Positions 11,622 through 21,647 of a DNA stretch of 64,000 nt are shown here, one piece after another (position 1 is the first letter of the stretch; the number at the start of each line of letters is the position of its first letter). Below the pieces are notes generated by a model. The model ran no database searches. It had not been told where the DNA came from and saw only the letters and a program-made list of their open reading frames with translations. Origin of the DNA: Planctomicrobium piriforme (GTDB lineage: Bacteria > Planctomycetota > Planctomycetia > Pirellulales > UBA1268); contig CAMBUD010000003.1 in the NCBI GenBank assembly GCA_945871035.1, forward strand, positions 25,238 through 89,237, read 5' to 3'. The translations under genes were made by a program, and so were the position numbers.

Positions 11622-12878
11622 ATGCATTCCAGCGAATCCACTCGGCATTCCAGCGAAGCCACTCGGATCTATTTCGATCGGGCCGCCGATCAACTCGATC
11701 TTTCCGACAGCATGCGAGGTCTGCTCACCACTGCCAAGCGGGAAGTGCAGGTGCAGATTCCCGTTGAGATGGATTCCGGTGACGTGGCGACCTTCATCGG
11801 CTATCGCGTGCAGCACAATGCCGCGCGAGGACCGATGAAGGGCGGCCTGCGCTACCACCCGCAAGTGGACCTCAACGAAGTGCGGACTCTGGCCGCGTTG
11901 ATGACCTGGAAGACGGCGGTTGTCAATATTCCCTACGGCGGCGCGAAGGGAGGAGTTGCCCTCGATCCTGCCAAGCTGTCGCAACGAGAATTGGAACGCG
12001 TCACACGCCGCTTTGTCGATGCGATTCATGATCTTTTCGGACCAGACGTCGACATCCCTGCACCGGACATGGGTACCACGCCAGAGGTGATGGCATGGAT
12101 CATGAATCAGTACAACAAGTATCATGGTTTCTCGCCCGCCTGCGTGACCGGCAAGCCGGTCGAGTACCACGGTATACCCGGCCGCGACGAAGCCACAGGC
12201 CGCGGCGTGGGCAGTTTGACGCTCAAGCTGCTCAGCCGCTTGGGCAGACAGATTCCCGGTTCGCGCATTGCAATCCAAGGCTTTGGCAACGTCGGCTCGC
12301 ATACCGCAAAGTTTTTACATGATGCCGAGTGCCGCATCGTGGCAGTCAGCGATGCCTTTGGGGGCGTGCAGAAAACGGCGGGTCTCGATCTGCTCCAACT
12401 GCTGCGACATTCCCACGCCCACTCTGGACGGATCAGCGGCTTTTCCGGCGGCGATCCGCTGACAAACGCTGAACTGCTCGCACTCGACTGCGACGTTCTC
12501 ATTCCAGCGGCACTGGGGGGCGTGCTCACCAAAGACAATGCCTTAGCCGTCCGCGCTCCGATTATCATAGAAGCGGCCAACGCCCCTACCGAACCGGAAG
12601 CCGATGCAATCTTTGATGATCGCGGCATCGTTGTTCTGCCCGATATTCTCGCCAATGCTGGCGGCGTGACAGTGAGTTGGTTTGAATGGGTGCAGAACAG
12701 ACAACACTACCAGTGGGGCATGAATCGAGTACGGCAGGAGCTTGACCGCATACTCGGAGAGGCCTTTGAGCAGGTTTGGCAACTTTCCCTATCACGAAAG
12801 GTTTCACTGCGCACTGCGGCGTATATGCTAGGCGTTGGCCGTGTGGGTCGGGCAACCGTCTTGGGAGGTATCGAATGA
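11622..12878 (+). CDS. gdhA: glutamate dehydrogenase (Glu/Leu/Phe/Val dehydrogenase family)
   Basis: [25 protein letters not shown] and GFGNVG (Rossmann). The ATG at 11622 is preferred over the ORF-track TTG at 11565. Confidence 0.88.
   Translation: MHSSESTRHSSEATRIYFDRAADQLDLSDSMRGLLTTAKREVQVQIPVEMDSGDVATFIGYRVQHNAARGPMKGGLRYHPQVDLNEVRTLAALMTWKTAVVNIPYGGAKGGVALDPAKLSQRELERVTRRFVDAIHDLFGPDVDIPAPDMGTTPEVMAWIMNQYNKYHGFSPACVTGKPVEYHGIPGRDEATGRGVGSLTLKLLSRLGRQIPGSRIAIQGFGNVGSHTAKFLHDAECRIVAVSDAFGGVQKTAGLDLLQLLRHSHAHSGRISGFSGGDPLTNAELLALDCDVLIPAALGGVLTKDNALAVRAPIIIEAANAPTEPEADAIFDDRGIVVLPDILANAGGVTVSWFEWVQNRQHYQWGMNRVRQELDRILGEAFEQVWQLSLSRKVSLRTAAYMLGVGRVGRATVLGGIE
11625..11666 (+). repeat. 21-bp direct tandem duplication inside the gdhA N-terminus
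   Basis: cattccagcgaatccactcgg is followed directly by cattccagcgaagccactcgg, with 1 mismatch. It encodes HSSESTR then HSSEATR. Confidence 0.9.
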
Positions 12879-13429
12879 CCGGCATAGATCTCTTACGGAC
12901 AGCCGAAATCAAAAAGATTCCACTGTTCCAAGGTTTCAACGATACTGATTACTCGCAGATCGCTGATGTTGCAGACGTTGTCTTATTTGAGCCAAAAAAA
13001 CTCGTGCTGGAGCAAGGTGCCGTCAGTCGCGAATTATGGGTATTGCTTGCCGGTACCTGCGAGGTTTCGCGGCGAATCGATCCGGATAACCGTGATTCCA
13101 AGCGGGTTATGCTTGCCAGCCTTGAGCCTTTAAGCCACTTTGGCGACATGTCTTTTTTCAGCCCTTCGCCCCATTCGGCAGACGTGACGGCAGTCACTGC
13201 GGTTTCGCTCCTGCGCATCACGCATTCCGATTACAAGGAACTGATCGCTGAGGGGGTGCAGGTTGCCTATAAGCTAGCCTACAACGTGACCGAGGCACTG
13301 GTGCGCCGACTGCGTCGAATGGATGACTGGTTTGCAGAGCTAGCCGCTTCCAGCAACGCTCACGAAGAAACGCTTAACCCCGAGTGGCAAGCTTTCCGTG
13401 CAAAGCTTTTTGATCGGTGGAATCTCTGA
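12875..13429 (+). CDS. stand-alone cyclic-nucleotide-binding (CAP_ED) domain protein
   Basis: [10 protein letters not shown]...[21 protein letters not shown]...FGDMSFF pattern of cNMP-binding domains, with no DNA-binding or other output domain. The ATG at 12875 overlaps the gdhA stop as ATGA. Confidence 0.75.
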   Translation: MTGIDLLRTAEIKKIPLFQGFNDTDYSQIADVADVVLFEPKKLVLEQGAVSRELWVLLAGTCEVSRRIDPDNRDSKRVMLASLEPLSHFGDMSFFSPSPHSADVTAVTAVSLLRITHSDYKELIAEGVQVAYKLAYNVTEALVRRLRRMDDWFAELAASSNAHEETLNPEWQAFRAKLFDRWNL

Positions 13430-13472
13430 TCCATCTGGTCGGAACCTTTCAGTGCGCCAACAGCTGGCCGCA

Positions 13473-15551
13473 TCAGCGCGCAGCTTTCGACACGGCAGGT
13501 CGATACCAGTCGCCCCGCAGCCAGTCGACAACCAGTTCGATCTGCTGCGTCGACAGGATCGGCACGCTGCCTGGATCGGCTTTGCCGAAGCTGGGCATGC
13601 GATCGTTGGTGTCGCCGTAGAACTGCTTATGCGTGGGATCAGTGATGATCCCCACCAGCCAACTCCGCGAACCCCAGCCGGTGATGTCGGGGGCGCTGCC
13701 TAGCTTTGTGCCATTGTCGTGGAAGGTGTGACAGGAACCGCAGCGTTCAACATCACTCACCAGAGCCCTTCCCTTGGCGATGAGCGCTGCCTCAGTTGCC
13801 TTGGCATCGGCTGCCGTCTGCTGCGGTCGCAGGCCCGACTCCGCGCTCATAGCGACGACCACCGCTTCAATGTCCTCCAGTTTCCACGTGTCGCGGTCGG
13901 TGAGATCCTGTGTGACAAAGCTCACCATGTCGTCGTCGGAGTGTGCTGTGTTGCCGAAGTAGGCCGGCCCAGCTACCTCGGCCGGGTCCAGCAAGCCGCG
14001 CATCCACGCAGCGGTTCCAAAGCCGTAGAGATTTGCTGCCGACGCTTTGGCAAGTTGCTCAGACGCCTTTGCATCCTGCGGATCAACGTAGGCGTGGCAA
14101 CTGCTGCAGTGCTGCGCAAAGAGCCGTGGTCCTTGACTTTTGGCATCGCTGCGCACCAATTCCAGTGCGCCCGAGGGTGGGATGCGTTCAGGCCGTCCGG
14201 CCAATTCAATTGCCCGCTCACCATCCATTTGTGCCTGAGTTGCTGCCGCAAGAAAGGACTCTGAATTCCGAATGGCTTCGAGCTTTTTAAATTGTTTTTG
14301 CATGGCAATAATCTGTGCTTGATTGCCTCCCAAAGCTGCGGAAAGCTTGACCGGATCGCCCTCCGTTTTTTTCAATAAGTTTTCCGCCTCTGCCAGCGAG
14401 GATTTATTCACCCACAGTGCGCAGTAGTCTTCGTTGAGGGCCATGCCCGTCAGCAACCCAATGCCCACTAGCAACGCCAGCGTAAAGGCAATATTGAACC
14501 GGTGGCCTAGATTCCAGCGACCAATGATCGGCATCAAGAACATCATGGCCATCACCACCCCTGGCACGACGATCGCTCCCAGAAATTCGCCACTTGCCCC
14601 CCAGCCTTCAAAAACCTTGAGAAACTGAAATAGAAAAAGGAAATACCACTCCGGCCGGGCGGCGGCATAGGGTTGGGAAGGATCGGCTGGGGCACCTAGT
14701 TCAGCGCCCAACTCGCCCGGCACGATTGGCCTACCCGCCAGCATCGCCTGGAGGGCAGGCAGGAGAATGACGCCGAGCACAACGGCCATCACAGCTAGGC
14801 AAGCAACGGCATCCTTGAGAACCTGATCGGGCCAAAACATCCCATCCGATCGGACAATCGGCTGCCTCGCACAGAGACCATGCTTGCGAAAAAGCGACAG
14901 ATGCACCACCAGCATGATCACGAGTGTTGCTGGTAAAAAACCGGCGTGTATTGCAAAAAATCGGGTCAGCGTGTGGTGGCCGTAATCGGGACCTCCAATA
15001 ATCACCTGCTGAATCGATGGCCCCAACAGTGGGACAAGTCCTGCTAGATTTGTGGCCACGCGTGTGGCCCAGTAGCCCTTCTGATCCCAGGGCAACAAAT
15101 AGCCCGTCAAGGCCATGCCCAGTACGAGCATCATCAGCACTAATCCGAGCCAGAAATTCACTTCGCGTGGTGCGCGGTAGGCGCCATCGATCACCACTTG
15201 CATGAGGTGTAAGGCTAGCAACACAACCATCGCCTGCGCCATCACATGGTGGATGCCACGCAGCAGCCAACCGCCGGTCATTTCATGCTGAATAAAAAAG
15301 ACACTTTCCCATGCGCTCTGGGCACCAGCGGAATAGCTCGACCACAGCACAAGCCCCGTGATTGCCTGCGTCATGAAGGCAAATACCAAAGTGCTGCCCC
15401 AGACGTATCGCCAGCGTGCGCCACCCGGTACCCGTTCAAAAAGCAGTTCGTTTACCAACTTACGGTAGCCGGTGCGGTCATCAAAAAAATCGGCCAACTG
15501 CCCAAGCAAACCGGGCTTTTGTTTTGAACTGTTACTCATGCTCGTGCTCAT
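13473..15551 (-). CDS. cytochrome b fused to a C-terminal di-haem cytochrome c (bc-complex subunit)
   Basis: The N-terminal polytopic cytochrome b region has conserved His pairs (GIHHVMAQAM, FFAIHAGFLP). The C-terminus carries two CxxCH motifs (CSSCH, CGSCH). The ATG at 15551 overlaps the Rieske stop as ATGA. Confidence 0.85.
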   Translation of the reverse strand: MSTSMSNSSKQKPGLLGQLADFFDDRTGYRKLVNELLFERVPGGARWRYVWGSTLVFAFMTQAITGLVLWSSYSAGAQSAWESVFFIQHEMTGGWLLRGIHHVMAQAMVVLLALHLMQVVIDGAYRAPREVNFWLGLVLMMLVLGMALTGYLLPWDQKGYWATRVATNLAGLVPLLGPSIQQVIIGGPDYGHHTLTRFFAIHAGFLPATLVIMLVVHLSLFRKHGLCARQPIVRSDGMFWPDQVLKDAVACLAVMAVVLGVILLPALQAMLAGRPIVPGELGAELGAPADPSQPYAAARPEWYFLFLFQFLKVFEGWGASGEFLGAIVVPGVVMAMMFLMPIIGRWNLGHRFNIAFTLALLVGIGLLTGMALNEDYCALWVNKSSLAEAENLLKKTEGDPVKLSAALGGNQAQIIAMQKQFKKLEAIRNSESFLAAATQAQMDGERAIELAGRPERIPPSGALELVRSDAKSQGPRLFAQHCSSCHAYVDPQDAKASEQLAKASAANLYGFGTAAWMRGLLDPAEVAGPAYFGNTAHSDDDMVSFVTQDLTDRDTWKLEDIEAVVVAMSAESGLRPQQTAADAKATEAALIAKGRALVSDVERCGSCHTFHDNGTKLGSAPDITGWGSRSWLVGIITDPTHKQFYGDTNDRMPSFGKADPGSVPILSTQQIELVVDWLRGDWYRPAVSKAAR

Positions 15552-16129
15552 GGTCGCGTCACCTTCCCGGCGACACCGGTGTAGAAGGTCTCCCACTTGA
15601 CGGTAATGGTCCCATTTTTTTCGAGCCGGCATTCCAGGGCATCCATGGCCCGTGGGCTCGGACTCGGCGCGACCATGCTGCCTGCAAATGTAAATTTACT
15701 GTTGTGGCAAGGACAACGAAAACAATTCTCGTCGGCTTCAATCTGCACAAAGCATCCTGCATGCGGACACGTTGCCGAAAGGGCTTGCACCTCAGCGGCA
15801 CCTTGTTGGCGACAGAGGTAAACGGCTCCTATCGGCTCGGCAGCAAAACCAGTCCACGCGTCGATTCGATCCGACACGACAGCAAACTGTCGCGGCACCC
15901 CGTCGTCAGGAACAGAGGTGGTCGTGGTAACGGGCAAAAAAGAAGCAGTTGCCGCCCGCCTGCGCAGCGGATCGAGAAACATCCAAACACCTGCCGCGAG
16001 TGGCGTGAGCGTTGCGAGCCCACCGCAAACAATCGCCGCTGCCTTTGCCAAAAAAGCCCGCCGTTGCCCCGGCTCAGCCTCGGTCGTTGGCAAACGAACA
16101 AGCAGATTTTTTGCGGACTGTTTGCTCAC
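15548..16129 (-). CDS. Rieske [2Fe-2S] protein of the bc complex
   Basis: Tat-like RRAFLAKAAA signal/anchor. Cluster ligand boxes CPHAGC and CPCHNS. GTG start. Confidence 0.88.
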   Translation of the reverse strand: MSKQSAKNLLVRLPTTEAEPGQRRAFLAKAAAIVCGGLATLTPLAAGVWMFLDPLRRRAATASFLPVTTTTSVPDDGVPRQFAVVSDRIDAWTGFAAEPIGAVYLCRQQGAAEVQALSATCPHAGCFVQIEADENCFRCPCHNSKFTFAGSMVAPSPSPRAMDALECRLEKNGTITVKWETFYTGVAGKVTRP

Positions 16130-16171
16130 GTTTAAACATCCTTCTTTTTTCTATCGGACGCTAACAATAGT

Positions 16172-16214
16172 AGGTCTTCGCAATTTGAATAGACCTTTGC
16201 CAAGGGTGGCAAAG
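16172..16214. repeat. two adjacent inverted repeats in the nrnA / Rieske spacer
   Basis: AGGTCT(16172-16177) pairs with AGACCT(16191-16196). CTTTGCCA(16195-16202) pairs with TGGCAAAG(16207-16214), a perfect 8-bp stem with a 4-nt loop. Function is unknown (terminator or operator). Confidence 0.4.
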
Positions 16215-16242
16215 ACGAGAACGCGTGGCGCGATGGGTTCAA

Positions 16243-17262
16243 CTATTTGGCACCAGGCACCGGTACAACCAGTCCGTTCTGCCAGCATTGATCAACCGCG
16301 ACTGCCACCCGTTCGCAGGCTGACTCGAATGGACCGTCCAAAATTGCGCCGGCAGCAGCTTTGTGGCCGCCACCGCCAAAACGGGCTGCCAGTTCGCTGG
16401 CATCAACGTGGCTGCGACTGCGGAAGCTGACCTTAATTCTGCCGTCACTCTGCTCGATCAAGATCACGGCCATTTGCGTTCCCTTGACTGCCAGCGTGAG
16501 GTTGACGAGATCTTCGGTATCGCTGGGAACAGCACCTGTTTCCTTGATATCGCTCGATCGCAGCGAGGAGGTAATGATCTTGCCGTCGTGCGATACTGTC
16601 GCACCGCAGAGCGTGCGGCCAATCAGGTGCAAACGCGCAATCGAATCCTGTTCACAAATCTCGCAATAGATCGCCGGCGGACTGGCATGCGCGTCGACGA
16701 GCCGTGCGGCAATCCGAAATGTCTCAGCGGTTGTCGATGGAAATCGAAACCAGCCAGTGTCGGTGGCAAGCGCCGCAAAGAGCGGCGTGGCGATCGATTC
16801 TGTCAGCGTCACACGCAGTCGCTGGGCGATCTCGGAAACGATTCGGCTGGTCGCTTCAGCGGTTGTGTCCTTAAACCAGCGATCGGACAGATTGTCTTCA
16901 CTCACGTGATGATCGATGACGACGACTTTGTCACGCATTTTTTTAAGCACATCACCCATCGCTCCGAGCTGAGCCCACGCACTTGTATCGAGCACTATGA
17001 CTAGGTCACGGTCGGAAAGATCAGCCGGCTTCACCCCGGTGGCCAAGGATTCAATCTTTCCCTGTGGATCGATCCACTTGAGATTAGGCGGCGTGGCCTG
17101 CGCATTGACAATGCGCACGTGCTTGCCGAGCGACTCAAGGATCGCAGCCATTCCCAGCTCGCTGCCCAAGGCGTCACAGTCGGGCCTCACGTGACTGGTG
17201 AGAACCACCCGCGTGGATTGCTGCAGAATTTCCAGAAGACTTGCCCAATCGAGTCGCATCAC
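16243..17262 (-). CDS. nrnA: DHH/DHHA1 phosphoesterase (NrnA-type oligoribonuclease / pAp phosphatase)
   Basis: HVRPDCDALGS, VLDTS, IDHHVS and the C-terminal GGGGHKAAAGA motif. Confidence 0.8.
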   Translation of the reverse strand: MMRLDWASLLEILQQSTRVVLTSHVRPDCDALGSELGMAAILESLGKHVRIVNAQATPPNLKWIDPQGKIESLATGVKPADLSDRDLVIVLDTSAWAQLGAMGDVLKKMRDKVVVIDHHVSEDNLSDRWFKDTTAEATSRIVSEIAQRLRVTLTESIATPLFAALATDTGWFRFPSTTAETFRIAARLVDAHASPPAIYCEICEQDSIARLHLIGRTLCGATVSHDGKIITSSLRSSDIKETGAVPSDTEDLVNLTLAVKGTQMAVILIEQSDGRIKVSFRSRSHVDASELAARFGGGGHKAAAGAILDGPFESACERVAVAVDQCWQNGLVVPVPGAK

Positions 17263-17268
17263 ACCTCC

Positions 17269-18243
17269 TTAGAAACACTTCGCTGCCACGGCAACCTGTG
17301 CGGCCTGACTGACATCAATGGCCAGCTGCGCTTGCAGTTGGCCCACGCTGGCGAATTTTTGAGTGTCACGCAGCCGCTGAAGGAAGTCAACGTCGATGTT
17401 TTTGTCGTAGAGATTGCCTGAGAATCCTATCAGGTGTACCTCGACTGTAATCGCAGCCTCACCAAAGGAAATGTTTGGGCCGATGTGGACCGCAGCTGGC
17501 CACATTCTGCGCTGATGGGAGGATTGCTGATCGACTACTGCCGCGCAGGCAGCATACACGCCGTGCGCGGGAAGCACTGTTGGAATGGCTGCCAGATTCG
17601 CCGTTGGAAAACCGATCGGACCGCCCCGCTTGGCACCCTCGACCACTGTGCCTGTCAATCGGTAGGGCGCTGCGAGCATCTGCCTCGCCTCGCCCACGTG
17701 TCCCGCCCCGATCAGTGCGCGGATCCTGGAGCTCGACACCGGCAGGCCATCCACCATGACCGGCGCAACTTTTTCAAGCTGCAATCCGTCGGCGTTGCAG
17801 AGTAACTGCAGCAAATGGATGTCGCCACTGCGATTGGCTCCAAACCGAAAATCAAAACCTTCCACAAGCGCCGCAGCCTGGAGCCTAACGCGCAGAATGT
17901 CGGCATAGAACGCGCCAGCTTCAAGCTCAATGAGGTGTTTTTCGGTCGGCTGCACAAGCACCGCGTCAACGCCTAGGGCCGCTAGAAGTTCTGTTCGTCT
18001 AGCGGACGTCGTGAGTTGGATGGGAGCCGCATGCGGTCGCACGATCGTGGCTGGATGCGGATCAAACGTAAACACAACCGCCGGCAAATCCTGCTGCTGC
18101 GCAACAGCCAACAGCCTGCCAATAATTTCAGCGTGGCCTAAATGAACACCGTCAAAGTTGCCAACCGTTAACGCGCAGGCTGATGCATGGGGCGTCCAGC
18201 GGTTGGTCAGATTGAATACGGCAGGATAGGGAATATGGTGCAC
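17269..18243 (-). CDS. ribF: bifunctional riboflavin kinase / FMN adenylyltransferase
   Basis: GNFDGVHLGHAEII, GFDFRFGANRSGD and GAKRGGPIGFPTANL. Confidence 0.9.
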   Translation of the reverse strand: MHHIPYPAVFNLTNRWTPHASACALTVGNFDGVHLGHAEIIGRLLAVAQQQDLPAVVFTFDPHPATIVRPHAAPIQLTTSARRTELLAALGVDAVLVQPTEKHLIELEAGAFYADILRVRLQAAALVEGFDFRFGANRSGDIHLLQLLCNADGLQLEKVAPVMVDGLPVSSSRIRALIGAGHVGEARQMLAAPYRLTGTVVEGAKRGGPIGFPTANLAAIPTVLPAHGVYAACAAVVDQQSSHQRRMWPAAVHIGPNISFGEAAITVEVHLIGFSGNLYDKNIDVDFLQRLRDTQKFASVGQLQAQLAIDVSQAAQVAVAAKCF

Positions 18244-18374
18244 GGCACGGGCTGTCAGATAGACCAGTGGGGAAAATCGTCGTCAAAAGTGTAGTCTACC
18301 GGTTGGCGGAAATTTCCACCGCTAAAAAGCCGACAGAAGCCCGATTGTTTCCAGTCACAGGACACCCTGAGCCA

Positions 18375-18665
18375 ATGCCAAAATTTATTATTGAGCGCGA
18401 GATCTCTGGAGCAGGATCGCTGTCCCCTGCGCAGCTGCAGGCAATCTCGCAGCAGTCGTGCAGCGTTCTGCGGCAGATGGGCTCGGAGATCCAGTGGGTT
18501 CAAAGCTACGTTACCGCTGACAAAATCTACTGCGTGTACGTTGCCCCCAATGCGAAAACCGTGCGCGAACACGCCCAACAGGGTGGGTTTCCGGCAAATG
18601 TTGTTTCACGGGTGCATTCGGTCATTGATCCAACTACGGCAGAGGAGCCTGGCGTCGCAGAATAG
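18375..18665 (+). CDS. DUF4242 family small protein
   Basis: MPKFIIEREISGAGSLSPAQLQAISQQS...WVQSYVTADKIYCVYVAPN matches the DUF4242 pattern as I remember it. Start taken at the internal ATG. Confidence 0.6.
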   Translation: MPKFIIEREISGAGSLSPAQLQAISQQSCSVLRQMGSEIQWVQSYVTADKIYCVYVAPNAKTVREHAQQGGFPANVVSRVHSVIDPTTAEEPGVAE

Positions 18666-18763
18666 AATTGCGACAATGATCGTTTGCATTGCGGCGATCA
18701 CAACCGTTACATATGTCAGATGTGTTTCTGAGCTTCGGCCTTATTTTTGGGAGAGCTTTTGTG

Positions 18764-19537
18764 ATGCTATTTCTACGGACTGTGCTGGGGTGCGCTGTGC
18801 GGGCATGCTTCTTGCTAGCGTTGTGTGGAGTCGCCATGCCGGCTGTAGCAGCCGATGCGGATGGGTTTGAAACAATCTTCGCTGGCAACGACGGATTGAA
18901 AGGCTGGCATGTCTCAGCCCAAAGCGGGCACAGCAATGCCAGCGGCAAAAAGAGCGGTGGAAAATGGGTAGTTGAAGACGGTGCGATCAGCGGCAGCCAA
19001 GACATTCCAGGCAATGGTGGAATCATTCTCACGGATCGTGAATACGGCGACTTTGAAGTCCGCCTCGAAATGAAGAATGACTTTGGCCCCGACAGTGGTC
19101 TCTTTTTGCGATCGACCGAAGATGGCCGCTGTTATCAGGCCATGATCGACTATCACGCCGATGGAAATTTAATGGGGGTCTATGGCGAAGGCCTCGGTGG
19201 AAATCCGCACCTCAGAAACTTCAGCTTTCTGGACACTGTCGACAAGATCAGAGCCCAAGACGCACCCGTTGCATTGCCGGTCGAGCCGAAGGAATGGCAG
19301 GCTTTCTGGAATCCCTCTGAGTGGAACGAAGTGGGTGCCCGCATCGTGGGCAATCCTCCCACAGTCACAACATTCATCCGTGGAAAGAAATTTATGGAGT
19401 ACACAGACACCCAAAAACGCCTGCCCGATACCGGTCGGATTGGTCTGCAGGTGCACGGAGGCGGCGACTTTACCAAGCAGTTTGTTCGCTATCGAAACAT
19501 TCGCGTAAAGGTTTTGGGGCCTGACGCTGGGAAGTGA
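18764..19537 (+). CDS. secreted DUF1080 (3-keto-disaccharide hydrolase-like) domain protein
   Basis: Signal peptide (LLALCGVAMPAVAA), then FETIFAGNDGLKGWH, WVVEDGAI, YGDFEVRLEMK, SGLFLRS, IGLQVHGGG and the terminal RNIRVK. Confidence 0.75.
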   Translation: MLFLRTVLGCAVRACFLLALCGVAMPAVAADADGFETIFAGNDGLKGWHVSAQSGHSNASGKKSGGKWVVEDGAISGSQDIPGNGGIILTDREYGDFEVRLEMKNDFGPDSGLFLRSTEDGRCYQAMIDYHADGNLMGVYGEGLGGNPHLRNFSFLDTVDKIRAQDAPVALPVEPKEWQAFWNPSEWNEVGARIVGNPPTVTTFIRGKKFMEYTDTQKRLPDTGRIGLQVHGGGDFTKQFVRYRNIRVKVLGPDAGK

Positions 19538-19644
19538 TTGTCTGGTGCAACGCGCTGGCCGCGGCATGATTGGGCAAAGAGAGCAGAAACGAGGAGAATG
19601 GGTCGGGTTGATTGGGACACAAGTCTTGAAGCACAGCAGGCAGG

Positions 19645-21360
19645 ATGCACCCTCAGCGAGTTGGCACAATGACCGCGTTGACTGAAGACAAGCAGATCTA
19701 TCTGTCGGCTGACATGGCCGGCCGCGTAGCCGCCATCGACATTGGCTCCAACAGCGTGCGATTGCTCGTAGCTGAGGCACTGCGTGGCGGGAATTACAGG
19801 ATTCTGGATGAAGAACGCGAGCCCACCCGGCTGGGACGAAGCGTAGCCGCTCACGGACAACTCGACGATGAATCGATGGCTCGAACGCTGACGGCGCTGC
19901 GCACCTTTAAAGAAATCTCGGCGGGCTACCAAGTGACGACCCTGCGTACGATTGCCACTTGCGCCGTGCGCGAAGCGAGAAACGGGCCGGACTTTTGCCG
20001 ACGGGTGCGTGAAGAAATCGGTTTGGAAGTAGAAGTGATCTCGGCCGACCGCGAGGCACGCTTGGCATTTTCCAGCGTGCAGTATGCCTTTGACCTAGCG
20101 GGAAAAAATGTGATCGTTGCTGACATCGGCGGCGGCAGCACCGAAATCGTCTTTGCCACAGGCAACCTTATCGAGTCAATATTTGCCACTCCGCTAGGAG
20201 CCGTTCGGCTCACCGAACAATCGGGGCTGAGTGAGGGAATGTCGCCGGATGAATTGCAGGTTGCGCTGGAAAAAATGGATGACTCTATTGCCGCCTGCCT
20301 TAAAAAACGGACTGCGCGCCCACTTTTTGCGCCACACCTGCTCATCGGTTCCGGCGGCACATTCACGACTTTAGCAGAGTTGGTGATGGCTGCTAAAAAA
20401 CAGACCGGCATCCCGGTCGCCGGCTACAAGGTATCGCATGCTGAGCTGCGACATCTCCTCGACAGGCTCCGCAAGATGCCGCTGCGGTCCAGACGCAGCA
20501 TGTCGGGAATGACCCCCGATCGTGCCGACATCATTATTGCCGGTCTTTCGATTATCGACGGGCTCTTGCAGCGTTTTCGCGTCAATACATTAATGGTCCA
20601 CACGCGCGGCGTTCGCGACGGATTGGTGCGGGAGTTGATCGACAATGCAATCGGTACCAGTGGTGATGATCCTTTGCAGCGCGACAATGCCATCGAACGC
20701 TTGGCGGCGGCCTGTTCCGGTGAACTCGAACATGGCCGGCAAGTCGCTGCACTCGCCGGCCGGATTTTTGAACAACTCCTCGAACCGCTTCATCTTTTAC
20801 CAGGCGATAAACAGTTGCTGGAGTGTGCGTCGCGGCTCCAAGACGTGGGCTACGTTATCAACTACGAGCAGCATCACAAACACAGCTACCATCTGATTCG
20901 TAACAGCCGTCTGCCCGGAATTCGTGCGCACGACCTCGAACTCATCGCTAACGTTGCCCGCTACCACCGCGGTGCACACCCCAAACGCAAGCACGATAAT
21001 TTCCTCCAGCTTGTTGCCGAGGATCAACAGCGCGTGCAGGGTTTAGCGGCCATTCTGCGAGTGGCCGGTGGGCTGGACCGCAGCCGCTCACAGCAGGTGC
21101 GCGATGTGCATGTGCGTGTCGAAGACACTGGGATCACGCTTGAGGTGGTCGCCGAACAGGAACCCCTTGTCGATATCTGGGGAGCCGAACGCCGCATCGA
21201 CCTGTTTGAAAAAGTTTTCAAAACTCGGCTCTCGATACAGTGGGCCTCTCAGTCAACGCTGGCTGCCACGGAAGATCTGCCTCAAAACAGCACGGGTGGT
21301 CGGCGGTCCGGCCAGAAGCCTGACAAAAAAAAGCAGCAAAAAAATCGTGGCGACGGCTGA
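19645..21360 (+). CDS. ppx: Ppx/GppA phosphatase with C-terminal HD domain
   Basis: AAIDIGSNSVRLLVAE, ADIGGGSTE, LIGSGGT and an HD region (HHKHSYHLIRNS). ATG 19669 is an alternative start. The tail is basic (KKKQQKNRG). Confidence 0.85.
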   Translation: MHPQRVGTMTALTEDKQIYLSADMAGRVAAIDIGSNSVRLLVAEALRGGNYRILDEEREPTRLGRSVAAHGQLDDESMARTLTALRTFKEISAGYQVTTLRTIATCAVREARNGPDFCRRVREEIGLEVEVISADREARLAFSSVQYAFDLAGKNVIVADIGGGSTEIVFATGNLIESIFATPLGAVRLTEQSGLSEGMSPDELQVALEKMDDSIAACLKKRTARPLFAPHLLIGSGGTFTTLAELVMAAKKQTGIPVAGYKVSHAELRHLLDRLRKMPLRSRRSMSGMTPDRADIIIAGLSIIDGLLQRFRVNTLMVHTRGVRDGLVRELIDNAIGTSGDDPLQRDNAIERLAAACSGELEHGRQVAALAGRIFEQLLEPLHLLPGDKQLLECASRLQDVGYVINYEQHHKHSYHLIRNSRLPGIRAHDLELIANVARYHRGAHPKRKHDNFLQLVAEDQQRVQGLAAILRVAGGLDRSRSQQVRDVHVRVEDTGITLEVVAEQEPLVDIWGAERRIDLFEKVFKTRLSIQWASQSTLAATEDLPQNSTGGRRSGQKPDKKKQQKNRGDG

Positions 21361-21410
21361 TCTTCTGAAAACCGATCGTGTCCCACACGGTCCTGACAAT
21401 CGCGGAGAAA

Positions 21411-21443
21411 AATAGCCATTCCTCAGGCCGGCTATTAGTTTTT
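21411..21443 (+). terminator. candidate intrinsic terminator after ppx
   Basis: AATAGCC(21411-21417) pairs with GGCTATT(21430-21436), followed by AGTTTTT. Confidence 0.4.
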
Positions 21444-21647
21444 CCTTACTACTGCCTCGCAAAAACTCTCTGCTGAAGGTCTGCTCACGGCCGCCCTACA
21501 ACCCCCAAAAACGATCAGTTCTGCCCGATTTACTTTTTCCGAAGATCCGACCGTGCGGCGGTCGATAATTCCTTCACGCTGAAGTTCTGGATTGTTGATG
21601 AGCGAGTGGTTGAGCTGAAGTCCCCACCCAGAATAGGAGAGAATGCT

